Source of the DNA: Octopus sinensis
Lineage: Eukaryota
Length of the DNA stretch: 64,000 nucleotides
Assembly: GCF_006345805.1 (NCBI RefSeq)
Contig: NC_043011.1
Span: 49,798,464 to 49,862,463 of the forward strand
Direction of reading: 5' to 3'
A model generated the notes under the pieces. That model saw only the letters and a list, made by a program, of their open reading frames with translations, was not told the DNA's origin and did no database searches. Positions within the stretch are counted from its first letter, which is position 1. Every line of letters starts with the position of its first letter. The position numbers and the translations under genes were made by a program. Below are positions 1-11,404 of this stretch, one piece after another.

Positions 1-267
1 ATAGGCCGATAGATTCATCAGTAAGAACAGCCAGATCGGAGCAGATATTTACACGAGGCACTTCTATCACTGCCTCGGCCAATATCTGACCTAAAATTTT
101 AATTTTCAAATCATCGCACTCGCGCCAAATTTATCGGCAGGCAAATATAAGCCGCCGATTCCATTACGGATAAATTTGGCGCGAGTGCGATGATTTTAAA
201 ATTTTAGGTCAGATATTGCCGAGGCAGTGATAGAGTGCCTCGTGTAAATATCTGCTCCGATCTGGCT

Positions 268-372
268 GTTCTTACTGATGAATCTATCGGCCTATGGAAG
301 ACTAGCTTGATTTAATTTAATCAGGTTAGTTTACCATTAAACAATAGAATGAAACGGTGCATCGATAAGAAC
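268..372 (+). ncRNA. Type I hammerhead ribozyme with extended stem II (copy 1)
   Basis: gttctta-CTGATGA-atctat...atagaat-GAAA-cggtgcatcg-a-taagaac; stem I gttctta/taagaac; the U of the cleavage triplet is absent in this copy. Confidence 0.75.
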
Positions 373-755
373 TACAAGGTTTATGTTAATGTTTTTTTAA
401 TTTTCTCCTGGTTTGCGGATTAATGTTTTTTTGCGGTTGAAGCTTTGGCTGTTATTTCTAGTGGGTGAATGGCCTATTATGGCCGTTCCTTGATTTTGAT
501 GTTGAATTTATAAATGGTCTATGACTATTTAATTTTTTCCCACTAGGCCGCTGGTGGCAAAAAAATTCTACGAATTTTTTTGCCACCCTATATTGATTAA
601 TTATGAATTTTCTGGTTAATTCCGTAAATGGAATCGGCGGCTTATATTTGCTGCCGATAAATTTGGCGCGAGTGCGATGATTTGAAAATCTTAGGTCAGA
701 TATTGCCGAGGCAGTGATAGAAGTGCCTCGTGTAAATATCTGCTCCGATCTGGCT

Positions 756-861
756 GTTTTCTTATGATGAAATCCATCGGCCTTTGGAAGACTAGCTTGA
801 TTTAATTAATCAGGTTAGTTTACCATAAACAATAGATGAAACGGTGCATCGTATAAGGAAC
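756..861 (+). ncRNA. Type I hammerhead ribozyme (copy 2)
   Basis: ttctta-TGATGA...atagat-GAAA-cggtgcatcg-TA-taagg; GUA triplet present, first core C absent; complements copy 1. Confidence 0.7.
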
Positions 862-1081
862 TACAAGGTAAATGTTTTTTTAATTTTCTCCTGGTTTGCG
901 GAATTAATGTTGTTTTGCGGTTGAAGCTTTGGCTGTTATTTCTAGTGGGTGAATGGCCTATTATGGCCGTTCCTTGATTTTGATGTTGAATTTATAAATG
1001 GTCTATGACTATTTAATTTTTTTCCCACTAGGCCGCTGGTGGCAAAAAAATTCTACGAAATTTTTTGCCACCCTATATTGA

Positions 1082-1140
<59 letters not shown>

Positions 1141-1311
1141 GCGCATACGTACACTTTGGTCCCACACCCTCTCTCTCTATCTCTGTCTCTCTCTCTACAT
1201 ACACATATATATATATACACATATATATAGTGTGTTTTGAATGGCACAACAATGCACTATAATAACAACAATGGACTCTAATAACTGTTATAATTTAATC
1301 ATCCATAGTCT

Positions 1312-1353
1312 GATGTAATGTTTCGGAATATAAAACTTCCTTCTTCAGATATC
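1312..1353 (-). ncRNA. Minimal hammerhead ribozyme, decayed
   Basis: gatat-CTGAAGA-a-ggaa-gttttata-ttcc-GAAA-catt-acatc. Confidence 0.6.
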
Positions 1354-1473
1354 CCTAGGAATAGATCGAGTCACTGCTATAATCGGTTTTCCAACGTTTT
1401 TTTTTTCTCTCCGAAAATGTCTCTGCAGTGGTCTCTCGAAGCTCGTTCCGGAATTCCTCGGTCAATTCCTAGG

Positions 1474-1515
1474 GATATCTGAAGAAGGAATTTTTGCATT
1501 TCAAAATATCATATC
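1474..1515 (+). ncRNA. Minimal hammerhead ribozyme, decayed
   Basis: gatat-CTGAAGA-a-ggaa...tttc-aAAA-ta-TC-atatc; stem I gatat/atatc intact. Confidence 0.55.
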
Positions 1516-1665
1516 AGACTATGGACGATTAAATTACAACAGTTATTATAGTCCATTGTTTATATTATAGGGCATTGTTGTGTCATTCAAAACATTTTAT
1601 TCTTTACAAACAATACACAATGCTTCAAGCGAACTACGATACTTTCCTATATACATATATGTATG

Positions 1666-1718
<53 letters not shown>

Positions 1719-1889
1719 TATAGGAGACTATTGTAGTTTGCTACATACATGTATATGCATGTTGTATGTATGTATGTATGTATGTATATATCTTTCTGTC
1801 TTTACTCTCATCTCTCACTCGTTCTCTCTCTCTCTCTTTCTCCCCCTCTCTCTCTGTATATATATATAATGTATATATATATATATAAT

Positions 1890-2757
1890 TATAAATTTTC
1901 TTTAGAAAAGCATAGAAAGGATGGAAGTACTCGAGTCAAATCCGACACGCTAGACAAGTACAAGAGATACAGAGAAGTTCCACTCAGGAGACTACGATTG
2001 GTGTATACATATACGGATTTAATATGATAGAATTGTCTAAAACATTCGGAATATAAAGATATAGAAATATAAGAATATATATGAAAGTTAAAATTATGCA
2101 AGGACAAATTATTAAGAGGGCTGTTGGGAGTTTTGTATTTTTAAAATTTTTTAAAAATTATAACCAAGTGGCAATTTAACTTTGTACTATAGTACAGCGA
2201 TATAGTAGAACGTTGTACAATGATATATTACCACTTGGTTATAATTTGAAAAATAAAGCACTCCCAACAGCTTTCTTAATAATTTTCATAACTTGTATGA
2301 CACTTGTATAAAACATAAATCAATACTTGCAGAACAATTCAATACATTTCTAGCGCAAACACTATTCTTTTCTTTTTCCCTGATGATGGGAACATTCCTT
2401 GAATGTACTCTAGAAACGATTTTCGGAATACTTCATTTCCTTTAAATATGGTACCAAAAACTCTTTTTAAACATCTATTATTTCTTCCATTCCATAATTT
2501 ATTTTGAAGTTTTAAAAGAAATATCTTTCTATATTTCATTATTCTTCTCTATATTTTTATTTATACCCTGTCATATTTATATATCTATATATTTATTTGT
2601 CCCTGCATATTTCTAACATTCAACTACATTTTTATATTTCTATATCTTTACATTCTGAATGTATTAATATATGTCTTAGACAATTCTATCATATTAAATT
2701 CGCATATTTATACACCAATCGTATCTGCTTGAGTGGAACTTTTCTGTATCTCTTGTA

Positions 2758-2760
<3 letters not shown>
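1890..2760 (+). mobile_element. Inverted-repeat Penelope-type element with internal palindrome and HHR
   Basis: ~1957-2110 is inverted relative to ~2595-2759; internal hairpin 2108-2284; flanked by (TA)n. Confidence 0.6.
2376..2428 (+). ncRNA. Type I hammerhead ribozyme, stem III decayed
   Basis: ttcc-CTGATGA-tgggaacattc-ctt-gaatgtactcta-GAAA-cgattt-TC-ggaa. Confidence 0.65.
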
Positions 2761-2806
<46 letters not shown>

Positions 2807-2906
2807 CAAAATTATCATTATATATATATATATAATATATGTATATATATATATATATGGCAAAATTATCATATAATATATTATATATATATATATAATA
2901 TATATA

Positions 2907-3100
2907 TGGAGATTTTACGAAAAACAAGAGACGAAGACAGGTGGTGTACAAAACAAACAGATGTATTAGTATAACGCTCAGGTCAAAAGAAACGTCTTTT
3001 ACGTTTCGAGCTACGCTCTTCTACAGAAAGATACACACAAAAAAACAAGGAGAGAAACAAGGAGAGAAACAAATGTGTGTAGTGGCTAACGATCTATCAT
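2907..3100 (-). mobile_element. Short HHR-bearing repeat (same family at 10243-10385)
   Basis: Shares gagcgttatactaatacatctgttt...tacaccac...gtcttcgtc with the + strand copy; inside (TA)n. Confidence 0.65.
2995..3031 (-). ncRNA. Minimal hammerhead-like motif with variant core CUGUAGA
   Basis: tcttt-CTGTAGA-a-gagc-gta-gctc-GAAA-cg-TA-aaaga; stems I and II perfectly paired. Confidence 0.65.
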
Positions 3101-3129
3101 GCATATATATATAATATATATATATATAT

Positions 3130-3176
<47 letters not shown>

Positions 3177-3234
3177 ATAAATAATATATAAATATATGCA
3201 TATATACATACATATATCTATATATACATGCATG

Positions 3235-3424
3235 TATGGGTACAGAACATCAAAAAACTTTGAACACACTGAGAAACGAAAACATAAAAACAAAAACATA
3301 GAAAACGAACCTTTTTTCGAATAACGTAAAAAACAAACAGCGAAACGAACGAGACATGCAACATGAAGAATATTCCCCTTCATCAGTTGTCCTTGTTTCA
3401 TCTTCTCCGCGTTTTCGAAGGCAA
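3235..3424. repeat. Interspersed repeat within TA tracts (second copy 62758-62977)
   Basis: Shared gggtacag..cat..aaaaa, catgcaacat, aatattcccc..cagttgtcc.tgtttcatct..tccgcgtt.cgaaggcaa. Confidence 0.6.
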
Positions 3425-3431
3425 TATATAT

Positions 3432-3610
3432 ATATTTCTTTACTGCCCACAAGGGGCTAAACATAGAGGGGTCAAACAAGGACAGACAAAGGGATTAAGT
3501 TGATTACATTAAACCCCAGTGCGTAACTGGTACTTAATTTATCGACCCCGAAAGGATGAAAGGCAAAGTCTACCTCGGCGGAATTTGAACTCAGAACGTA
3601 ACGACAGAAT
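3432..3610 (-). mobile_element. SINE family B body
   Basis: Reverse complement of the units at 6142-6505 and 24873-25102. Confidence 0.85.
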
Positions 3611-4439
3611 ATATAACATAGATCATCTACTGATTGACCTGGAGACATCGCATCACCTGTTGTGGTGTTTCCTCGAGTCATCAGATCCAAGGCACCACGC
3701 GATGGGACTGATCTCAAAGCCTAATGGTTACAAAGTGAGATTCTTAACCACAAAATCACGATTGTATTTGTTCTCTCCCATACTACTTAAATTGTCCACC
3801 GCAAACCACTCCATCGTTCCGAGACGGCTGGCGGTGATATGAGGTAGACACGATGTTGCTATTCCTAGCGCGTCAAGTAACCGGCTAGTGGTACTTCCAT
3901 TGTCTGGCCGTTCAAGCTAATGGTTTCGGTATCTTCGCTATCGAATATACTTTTAGCCTTTTGTTATTGACGCTATAGGAGCTGTTGTGGTTGTTGCTGT
4001 TGTTCTTGTTGTCGATGTTATTGTTGTTGTTGCTGTTGTTGCTTCTTCTCAGGCCTTTCTGTAGAATCAATCGCTATTAATATTGCGCCGTCTCCTCCGT
4101 TCTTTGATTTAAGACAAGAAATATGAGATTTAGCGACATTTATCATTGTCTCCTTCGTTCTCTTCCTCCCCTTCTTCTTCTTCTTCTTTCTGATTATTAT
4201 TAATGTTGTTGTTTTGCCTCCTGGTGCTGCTGTTGCTCCTACAGCTGCTGCTGCTACTGCTGCTACTGTTGTTGTTGTTGTTGTTGTTACGACAATGCTT
4301 TATCTCCTGCCAGAAACAATAGAGCGCTTCGCTCAAATATTAAGAAGCAAAACATTAAATCTACGCAGTCACCTAAAAGTAACAGTTAGACAACTAATAT
4401 TAGTACTGCCTCTGTCTGTGTTTCTCTCTCCCTCTCCCT

Positions 4440-4603
4440 CTTATTCTCTCTGTCTGTCTGTCTATCTATCAATCTTTATATCTACCTATCTAGCTAATTA
4501 TTTATGTATCTATCTCTGTCTAACTCTCTGTCTATTTATCTATCTGTCTATTTTTCTAATTCTCTGTGTATCATCTCTCGCTCTCTCTTTATCTACCTAT
4601 GTT

Positions 4604-4672
<69 letters not shown>

Positions 4673-5050
4673 ATCCCTATCTAACTATCTACCTACCTAT
4701 CTACCTACCTACCTACCCACCTACCTACCTACCTACCTACCTACCTACCTACCTACCTACCTACCTATCTATCTATCTCTCTATCTCTCTATCTCTCTAT
4801 CTATCTATCTATCTAACTGACTAACTAACTCTGTCTATCTATGTATTTATCTACCTGTCTATCTAACTGTCTATATTTTATCTATCTGTCTGTCTGTCTA
4901 TTTATCTATCTATCTAACTCTTTGTATATCTATCTATTTATCTATCAGTCTATCTAACTCCTTTTCTATCTATCTCTCCCTGTGTATCTATCTATCTGAC
5001 TGTCTGTCTCTCTCTGTCTATCTATGTGTCTATGTGTCTATCTGTCTGTG
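4440..5050. repeat. (TATC)n/(TACC)n/(TGTC)n compound microsatellite
   Basis: Direct reading. Confidence 0.9.
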
Positions 5051-5756
5051 ACTCGCTCGATCTATGCGTGTACTTGTGTGTGTGTGGTGTTTAAGAATAT
5101 ATTTATAATATTAGTATCATGTAAGTATGCATGCATATAAGTATGTATGTGTGTGTGATTTTCTATAGATACGCATTCAAATATTTACAAATACTTACAC
5201 ACTTGAATCACGTATACACACAAGTATGTAACTTAGGTATATGTTTGCCAGTGTGATTAAACAATCACTTGTTACAGTCATCCAGTTGCAATGAAGTACA
5301 CGGAACTGACTTATACGAGATCGTGTTAAGTCCTGTCACCAAACATATCGCAGTTTACATTAAAATATAGATCGTACATAAATTTCCATTACAATATGAA
5401 AAATTCTTAAAACAAAGGGAAAAAAATTAGGATAACTCAACAGGTGGAGCGCAACCAATAGAATCTACGTAGAAGTGTTGTGAGGATTCTAATGCTTTAT
5501 TTCTTTGCCTATATTTTTAGGTAAACTCTGCTGAGCTATCCTTGCTTTTTTCCTTCGCTGAATTTTTGAAATTGCAAATATAGTTTACGGGAAATTGTAT
5601 TTGTAAATATCTTCAATGAATTCATTTAAGCTTTTCGTAATAGTTAACAGCATCCTTTTTGTGAGTTAATCTAAGCATTCAGTGCATGAAAACAGCCTAA
5701 CACAGGATAGATACAAGCCCTACTGATAATTATTTTACTGCTCACGAAGTTATGGA

Positions 5757-6661
5757 TACGAGGTGGGTGCTGAAATGTTCGTGGCTTAGGATAAAAGTTG
5801 GCGAGCTGGCAGAAACGTTTGCACGCCGGGCGAAATGCTTAACGGTATTTCGTCTGGAGAGGAGACAAACAATGACAGTCAGACGGATTAAGTGGATTAT
5901 ATCGATCCCCAGTGCGTAACTGGTACTTATTTAATCGACCCCGAAAGGATGAAAGGCAAAGTCGACCTCGGCGGAATTCGGCGGAATTCGAACTGCCGTT
6001 CTCAGTTCGAATTCCGCCGAGGTCGATAAATTAAGTACCAGTTACGCACTGGGGTCGATGTAATCGACTTAATACCTATTTCTGTCCTTGTTTGTCCCCT
6101 CTGTGTTTAGCCCCTTGTGGGTAATAAAGAAATAGGAAATAGGTATTTCGTCTGCCGTTACGTTCTGAGTTCAAATTCCACCAAGGTCGACTTTGCCTTT
6201 CATTCTTTCGGGGTCGATTAAATAAGTACCAGTTACGCACTGGGGTCGATATAATCCACTTAATCCGTCTGTCTGTCCTTGTTTGTCTCCTCTGTGTTTA
6301 GCCCCTAGTGGGTAGTAAAGAAATAGGTATTTCGTCTGCCGTTACGTTCTGAGTTCAAATTCCGCCGAGGTCGACTTTGCCTTCCATCCTTTCGGGGTCG
6401 AGTAAATAAGTACCAGTTACGCACTGGGGTCGATGTAATCGACTTAATCTCTTTCTCTGTCCTTGTTTGCACCCTCTATGTTTAGCCCCTTGTGGGCAAT
6501 TAATAAACAAGGATAAAAGAAAATACAGGAGGATCGGTTAATTATGATTTTATTCAACATGTTGCCCTCTCAAATTCACACACTTATTGCAACGGTCGAA
6601 CAGTAACTCGAAGCCCTGTAAAAGAACTCGGTAGGTTGGGTCTCTTTAGCACCCCCTCGTA
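5757..6661. mobile_element. Mariner-type MITE interrupted by a SINE B multimer
   Basis: TA-cgagg.gggtgctgaaa ... tttagcaccccctcg-TA termini; body homologous to 34206-34426. Confidence 0.7.
5798..6509 (+). mobile_element. SINE family B complex: head, inverted body, three tandem bodies
   Basis: Head ggcgagctggcagaaacg; inverted body ~5858-5990; bodies to 6505; TSD aggataaaag at 5788-5797 and 6510-6519. Confidence 0.85.
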
Positions 6662-6944
6662 TCAAGACAAGACTTTCATATCTTTCTATTCTATGAAATG
6701 TTAGCTAAAATATATCGGAATATCCAGAGCGTTATAAATAACATAGAAATGAAAATAAAAATGCTGTCAGTAAACAAAGGCATGGTTGCGTGGTTAAGAT
6801 ACTTGATTTGCCACGAAGTGGTATCGGGTTCAATCTCACTGCGCAGCACTTAGGGCGCGACGCTGTTTTAAGAGTGAATATGATAGACAGGTGTGTGTGT
6901 ATATGTGTGTGTGTGTGCGTGTGTGTCTATAATACGTATGTACT

Positions 6945-6992
<48 letters not shown>

Positions 6993-6993
<1 letters not shown>

Positions 6994-7885
6994 TAAGCAA
7001 TAAAGGGTTTAGCAACGAATTGCCTTACCACATACCGAATTTAGAAATAGCAGTCAAAGAGTTATAGCTATTTCTTCTACTAAAAAGGGAGATCTCAGTA
7101 AAAACAGCAATTGGAATTTGACTGCTATTTCTAAATTCGGTATGTGGTAAGGCAATTCGTTGCTAAACCCTTTATTGCTTAGTATTACTTAAATTTTCCT
7201 CGAATGAGGCTTTTACATGCCGAAGACTACTTGGTGTAATTGATAATTATTCTAAATTAATTAATTTCACCCTTCATTATTACGGATAACCATATTTTAT
7301 CTCAGTAGATGACCACAGCATCTTGTTTTGGCTACACGCGGGTGGAAAGGGCTGGTGACACAATCTTTTCATTCACACTTTGAATTTAGTGATACTAGTT
7401 GCGGATTCTAGCTCGCTCTGATACTGAGTTGATTGGTGCCTTCTAGTATCTCAAAATTCAATATATAATCATTTATGATTATAGTATTCTACGCTGAAGA
7501 GAAAAGAAGTTTGGTAAGGTAGAATTATTTAATATTAATTCTTATGCTTTCCTAAAAACTTGATTTCGAAACGTGCGTCCGTAGATAACTTAAAATTGTA
7601 TGATAGATTGCCGTCAATCATTCTCTCTTACCTGTTTGTGTCTGCCTTCCAATTGCTGTTTTTACTGAGATCTCCCTCTTTAGTAGAAGAAATAGCTATA
7701 ACTCTTTGACTGCTATTTCTGAATTCGGTATGTGGTAAGGCAATTCGTTGCTAAACCCTTATTGCTTAGTATTACTTAAATTTCCTAATTTTCCGAATGA
7801 GGCTTTTACATGCCGAAGACTACTTGGTGTAATTGATAATTATTCCAAATTAATTAATTTCACCCTTCATTATTACGGATAACTA
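6993..7885 (+). mobile_element. Non-autonomous Penelope-type element: 5' inverted arm, direct pseudo-LTR-like repeats, HHR
   Basis: 6993-7116 is the reverse complement of ~7648-7772; 7117-7290 repeats at ~7705-7882; (TA)n on both sides. Confidence 0.8.
7488..7585 (+). ncRNA. Type I hammerhead ribozyme, intact core, long stem II
   Basis: tctacg-CTGAAGA-gaaa...tttc-GAAA-cgtgcg-TC-cgtaga; predicted cleavage after C7579 (GUC). Confidence 0.85.
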
Positions 7886-7952
7886 TATATATATATATAT
7901 ATATACAAATTTTTTGTATCTAGTCCTGGAAATTATATTTGTATGCGACAGA

Positions 7953-8027
7953 CTATGCTGATGAGCTTGCAGGTTTCCACGTAGCCATATGCGTGGATAT
8001 TGACAAGCGAAACTGATAGGTACACAG
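7953..8027 (+). ncRNA. Type I hammerhead ribozyme in a separate short element (~7905-8270)
   Basis: ctatg-CTGATGA-gcttg...tccacgta-gcca-tatgcgtgga...caagc-GAAA-ctgatagg-TA-cacag; one mismatch in stem I. Confidence 0.75.
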
Positions 8028-8564
8028 GTGTTCGTTATTATTTCGTATATTTTCATTTGTCTTGCTTATTTTTACGCTTTGGTTTATGCTGAGATTTTAT
8101 TTGAGAACAAATTCTTCGTGGAAAATAGCGATTTCGACGTCTATATCTAGCATGTTGACCGTCCACTGTTAGTGGTCAGTCCTTTAAAATTTGTATGTAG
8201 GATGTTTTTAATATGCTAGGACACTGGTTTTAATTGATTAATATCTATTTCTACCCTTATTCAATTTTATATATATTACATATAATATATATATATACAT
8301 ATATATTTATACATATACATATATTCATGTTTATATATATAAATATATACATATATATATATATTAACATATGTGTGTATCTTTCTACCTGTGTTTGTCA
8401 CTCAGCTTCCACTGGTTGACAGACTATTGGTTTGTTTACGTCATTCTTATTATTCAGTATATGTATATTTATATGTATATATCCTTCACTCTCTCTCCCT
8501 TCTTCTCTCTCTCCCTCTCCCCTCTCTCTCTCTCCTCTGTATATATATATATATATATATATAT

Positions 8565-8942
8565 AGGCGCAGGAGTGGTTGTGTAGCAAGTAGCTTGCTT
8601 ACCAACCACATGGCTCCGGGTTCAGTTCCACTGCGTGGCACTTTGGGCCAACAAAAGCTTTCTGAGTGGATTTGGTAAAACGGAAAATGAAAGAATCCCG
8701 TTGTATATTTGCATATATGTATATATATGTGTATATCTGTGTCTCTTCCCCCAACATCGCTTGACAACCGATGCTGGTGTGTTTACGTCCCCGTAACTTG
8801 GCGGTTCGGCAAAACCGACCGATAGAAGGAGTACTAGTCTTACAAAGAATAAGTCCTGGGGTCGATTTGCTCGACTAAAGGCGGTGCTCCAGCATGGCCG
8901 CAGTCAAATGACTGAAACAAGTAAAAGTAAAAGTAAGTAAAA
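8565..8942 (+). mobile_element. tRNA-derived SINE family A
   Basis: A/B-box-like head, internal (TA)/(TG) tract, 3' end ...gtcaaatgactgaaacaag(taaaag)n. Confidence 0.9.
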
Positions 8943-9001
8943 GCAATATATAGTTAGATAGATAGATAGATAGACACATACATACAATCATACATATATA
9001 T

Positions 9002-9400
9002 ACTCTTTTACTCTTTTACTTGTTTCAGTCATTTGACTTCGGCCATACTGGAGCACCGCCTTTAGTCGAGCAAATCGACCCCAGGACTTATTCTTTGTTA
9101 GGCCTGTACTTATTCTATCGGTCTCTTTTGCCGAACCGCAAGGTGACGGGGACGTAAACACACCAGCATCGGTTGTCAAGCAATGCTAGGGGGACAAACA
9201 TACACACACACACATATATTATATATACATACATATATACGACGGGCTTCTTTCAGTTTCCGTCTACCAAATCCACTCACAAGGCTTTGGTTGGCCCGAG
9301 GCTATAGTTGAAGACACTATCCCCAAGATGCCACGCAGTGGGACTGAACTCGGAACCATGTGGTTGGTAAGCAAGCTACTTACCACACAGCCACTCCTAT
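9002..9400 (-). mobile_element. SINE family A
   Basis: Reverse complement of the preceding copy. Confidence 0.9.
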
Positions 9401-9843
9401 GAATACATACTTACACACACACTCACGCACACACACATGCAGTTTAGATACAGTATATTGTGCGGTTTGTAAATATATATTTTCTCTTGCATTCGTTTCA
9501 GGCATTGGATCGTGGCCATGCTGGTTCGTTATCGTATTTCACAAACACTGTAAGCACACACCGTAATATATAAATTTACCTGACATGTTGGTTATAACTT
9601 TCATTCTATATAAGGAAAACTCAAAAAGAAAACGAAAAAGCCATAAAATATACTAAATTAGTATATTCTAAAACATTAATTGGAATTATAATTACTTGAT
9701 ATCTGATATGGAAATGTAAGCATGGTAATGAAACTTAAGTATAGATGATAAATATACAAAAAAAGCAGAAACGGTCTTTTAAAATTAAAATAATGGTATG
9801 ACAGTATAAGTATGTATGGTGATGTTTTATACATTACATACTT

Positions 9844-9930
<87 letters not shown>

Positions 9931-10054
9931 ATATATATGTATATATGGATGGAGGACGTGGTGGTGTGTATGAGTGTTTATATTTAATGTATGCACTTAA
10001 TGTGTTTGTTGAATTATGTGTGGAGTGTTGATGATTGTACATATTCATATGGTG

Positions 10055-10401
10055 CATGCGTGGCTGTGTGCTAAAAAGCTTGCTTCTAAACCGCATGGTT
10101 CCATGTTCAGTCCCCTAACGTGTCACCTTGGGAAAGCGTCTTCTACTATAGCTTCGGACCGTCCAGAGCCTTGTGAGTTGATTTTGGTACGCAGAAAATG
10201 AAAGACGTCCGTCGTATTATATATATATATATATATATATATCCTTATTTCTTTCTGTGTTCCTTCTGTGGGAGAGCGTAGGCTCGAAACGTTAACGAAT
10301 TTTTCACTTCTCGAGCGTTATACTAATACATCTGTTTATTGTCTACACCACGTGTCTTCGTCTTTTATTTTTTGTGAATCGTCCCTCTCTCTCTCTCTCT
10401 C

Positions 10402-10443
<42 letters not shown>

Positions 10444-10538
10444 CTGTATGTATATGTTATGTATGTATGTATGTATGTATGTATGTATGTATATGTATGT
10501 ATGAATATGTATATATATATATATAAGTATAAGTATAT

Positions 10539-10570
<32 letters not shown>

Positions 10571-10574
10571 GTAT

Positions 10575-10612
<38 letters not shown>

Positions 10613-10870
10613 ATATATATGTATATATATATATATGTGTGTGTGTGTGTATGTGTGTGTGGGTCTGTGTTTGTGTTTGTTACCCCACCACCGTTTGAAA
10701 ACCGGTGCTGGTGAGTTTACGTTTCCGTGACATAGCGGTTCCGCAAAAGTGTCTGATAGTACAAGACTTTAAAACATAATCACTGGGTTCGATACATTCG
10801 ACTAAAAATTCCCAAAGGTGTCGCTACAGCATGGCCTTAGTCTAATGACTGAAGCAAATAAAATATTTTT
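10055..10870 (+). mobile_element. Diverged SINE A with expanded internal microsatellite and nested HHR repeat (10243-10385)
   Basis: Head 10055-10215, tail 10660-10870; decayed HHR motif tcctt-ctgtggg-a-gagc-gtag-gctc-GAAA-cgtt at 10261-10298. Confidence 0.7.
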
Positions 10871-11039
10871 AAAAATATAAAAGATATACATGTATAACTG
10901 AGACATCTATACAAAAACTACATATTTATGTTTACGCATATGTATATATATATATATATATATTGGTTTCAAATTTTGGCACAAGCAAAACAATGTCGGT
11001 CATCTCTACTGGAACAGATATTGTCTCTATGCATTGTTT

Positions 11040-11370
11040 TCCCCGACTTCGACCAATTCATATATATTTTCTGCCTATCCTGAGGAAAGCGTTTTCGATG
11101 TTCACTTCTCAGAGAAGTATCAGCTTTCTTTTTTTCGTTTGCACCATATTACAAGGTCGGGTTTTGGTGTTAAAAACTGAGAGGTGATAATTACCAATAG
11201 GAACCACTGAGAGTCTCCAAAGATCCCTCCCATTTTGAATCATTCTTATTACGCAAATGGTTGACTTGCTGCATTCCCGTTCCTATGCTACACTACTTTA
11301 TCTTCCTATGCTACACTACTTGTGGTGTTCCGCCGTTGATAATTAAAGCCAGTACATCATACTGCACAGA
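11040..11370 (-). pseudogene. Decayed restriction-like endonuclease fragment of a HERO/NeSL-type non-LTR element
   Basis: Minus-strand reads KPDLVIWCKRKKE and EVNIENAFLR, resembling the RPD-IVIW...E-NIE-A motif. Confidence 0.45.
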
Positions 11371-11404
11371 TCACTCGCGTCTATTTTCCAACACCTTAAG
11401 TGAG

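Larger units (their letters stand above)
1..1087 (+). mobile_element. Non-autonomous Penelope-type/retrozyme-like element: inverted arm plus ~485-bp tandem units, each with an HHR; truncated by the window start
   Basis: 1-170 is the reverse complement of ~621-785; ~170-605 repeats at ~657-1087; no ORF; followed by (TA)n. Confidence 0.75.
1230..1650. mobile_element. Short inverted-repeat Penelope-type element with an HHR in each arm
   Basis: ~1234-1362 is the diverged reverse complement of ~1465-1595; flanked by (TA)n. Confidence 0.65.

Noticed and set aside
3300-3392. Minus-strand CTGATGA in the 3235/62758 repeat
   Set aside because: No convincing GAAA/stem III/stem I; the core is not conserved in the second copy
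3651-3688. Minus-strand CTGATGA-ctcgag-GAAA-cacc..ggtg
   Set aside because: No U-H cleavage site after stem III, no stem I partner, loopless stem II
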